A stretch of DNA of 18,412 nt, taken from NCBI RefSeq assembly GCF_006345805.1, contig NW_021824504.1, positions 1 through 18,412 of the forward strand. Reading direction: 5' to 3'. The translations under genes and the position numbers were made by a program. This document shows positions 18,358-18,412 of the stretch, piece by piece; position 1 is the stretch's first letter, and each line of letters begins with the position of its first letter. The notes below the pieces were generated by a model. That model was given only the letters and a program-made list of their open reading frames with translations. It had not been told where the DNA came from and ran no database searches. Source of the DNA: Octopus sinensis. Lineage: Eukaryota.

Positions 18358-18412
18358 TTCAAATTTTAGCACAAGGCCTGCAATTTCGGGTTGGGGGTAA
18401 GTCGATTACATT
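18358..18412 (-). mobile_element. 7487-type SINE tail running off the window edge
   Basis: AAATTTTAGCACAAGGCC.GCAATTTCGGG...GTAAGTCGATTACAT is the reverse complement of the family 3' end. Confidence 0.7.

Noticed and set aside
1-18412. CRISPR arrays, prokaryotic operons or defence systems
   Set aside because: No regularly spaced repeat-spacer array and no dense coding; the sequence is eukaryotic repeat-rich DNA.

Overview
This is eukaryotic, microsatellite-saturated, essentially non-coding DNA. The SINE families and repeat landscape match what I recall of Octopus (coleoid cephalopod) genomes; that assignment is from memory, not a search. No intact protein-coding gene is visible, and nearly all ORFs in the track are translations of simple repeats. 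The window holds many tRNA-derived SINE copies, a mariner MITE with a transposase C-terminal remnant, decayed hAT transposase fragments, a Charlie-type MITE end and a ~555-bp element embedded in (TAA)n. The strongest observation is a type I minimal hammerhead ribozyme motif (core 6148-6178, palindromic stem III) capping a ~126-nt rod. It lies inside a 353-bp partial-tandem unit (132-bp direct repeats at 5869-6000 and 6222-6354), an architecture like a retrozyme or Penelope pseudo-LTR. Also notable are a 636-bp palindrome and smaller fold-backs centred on (TA)n, two candidate + strand exons flanking the ribozyme, a candidate - strand terminal exon and a promoter-like motif cluster near 1 kb.
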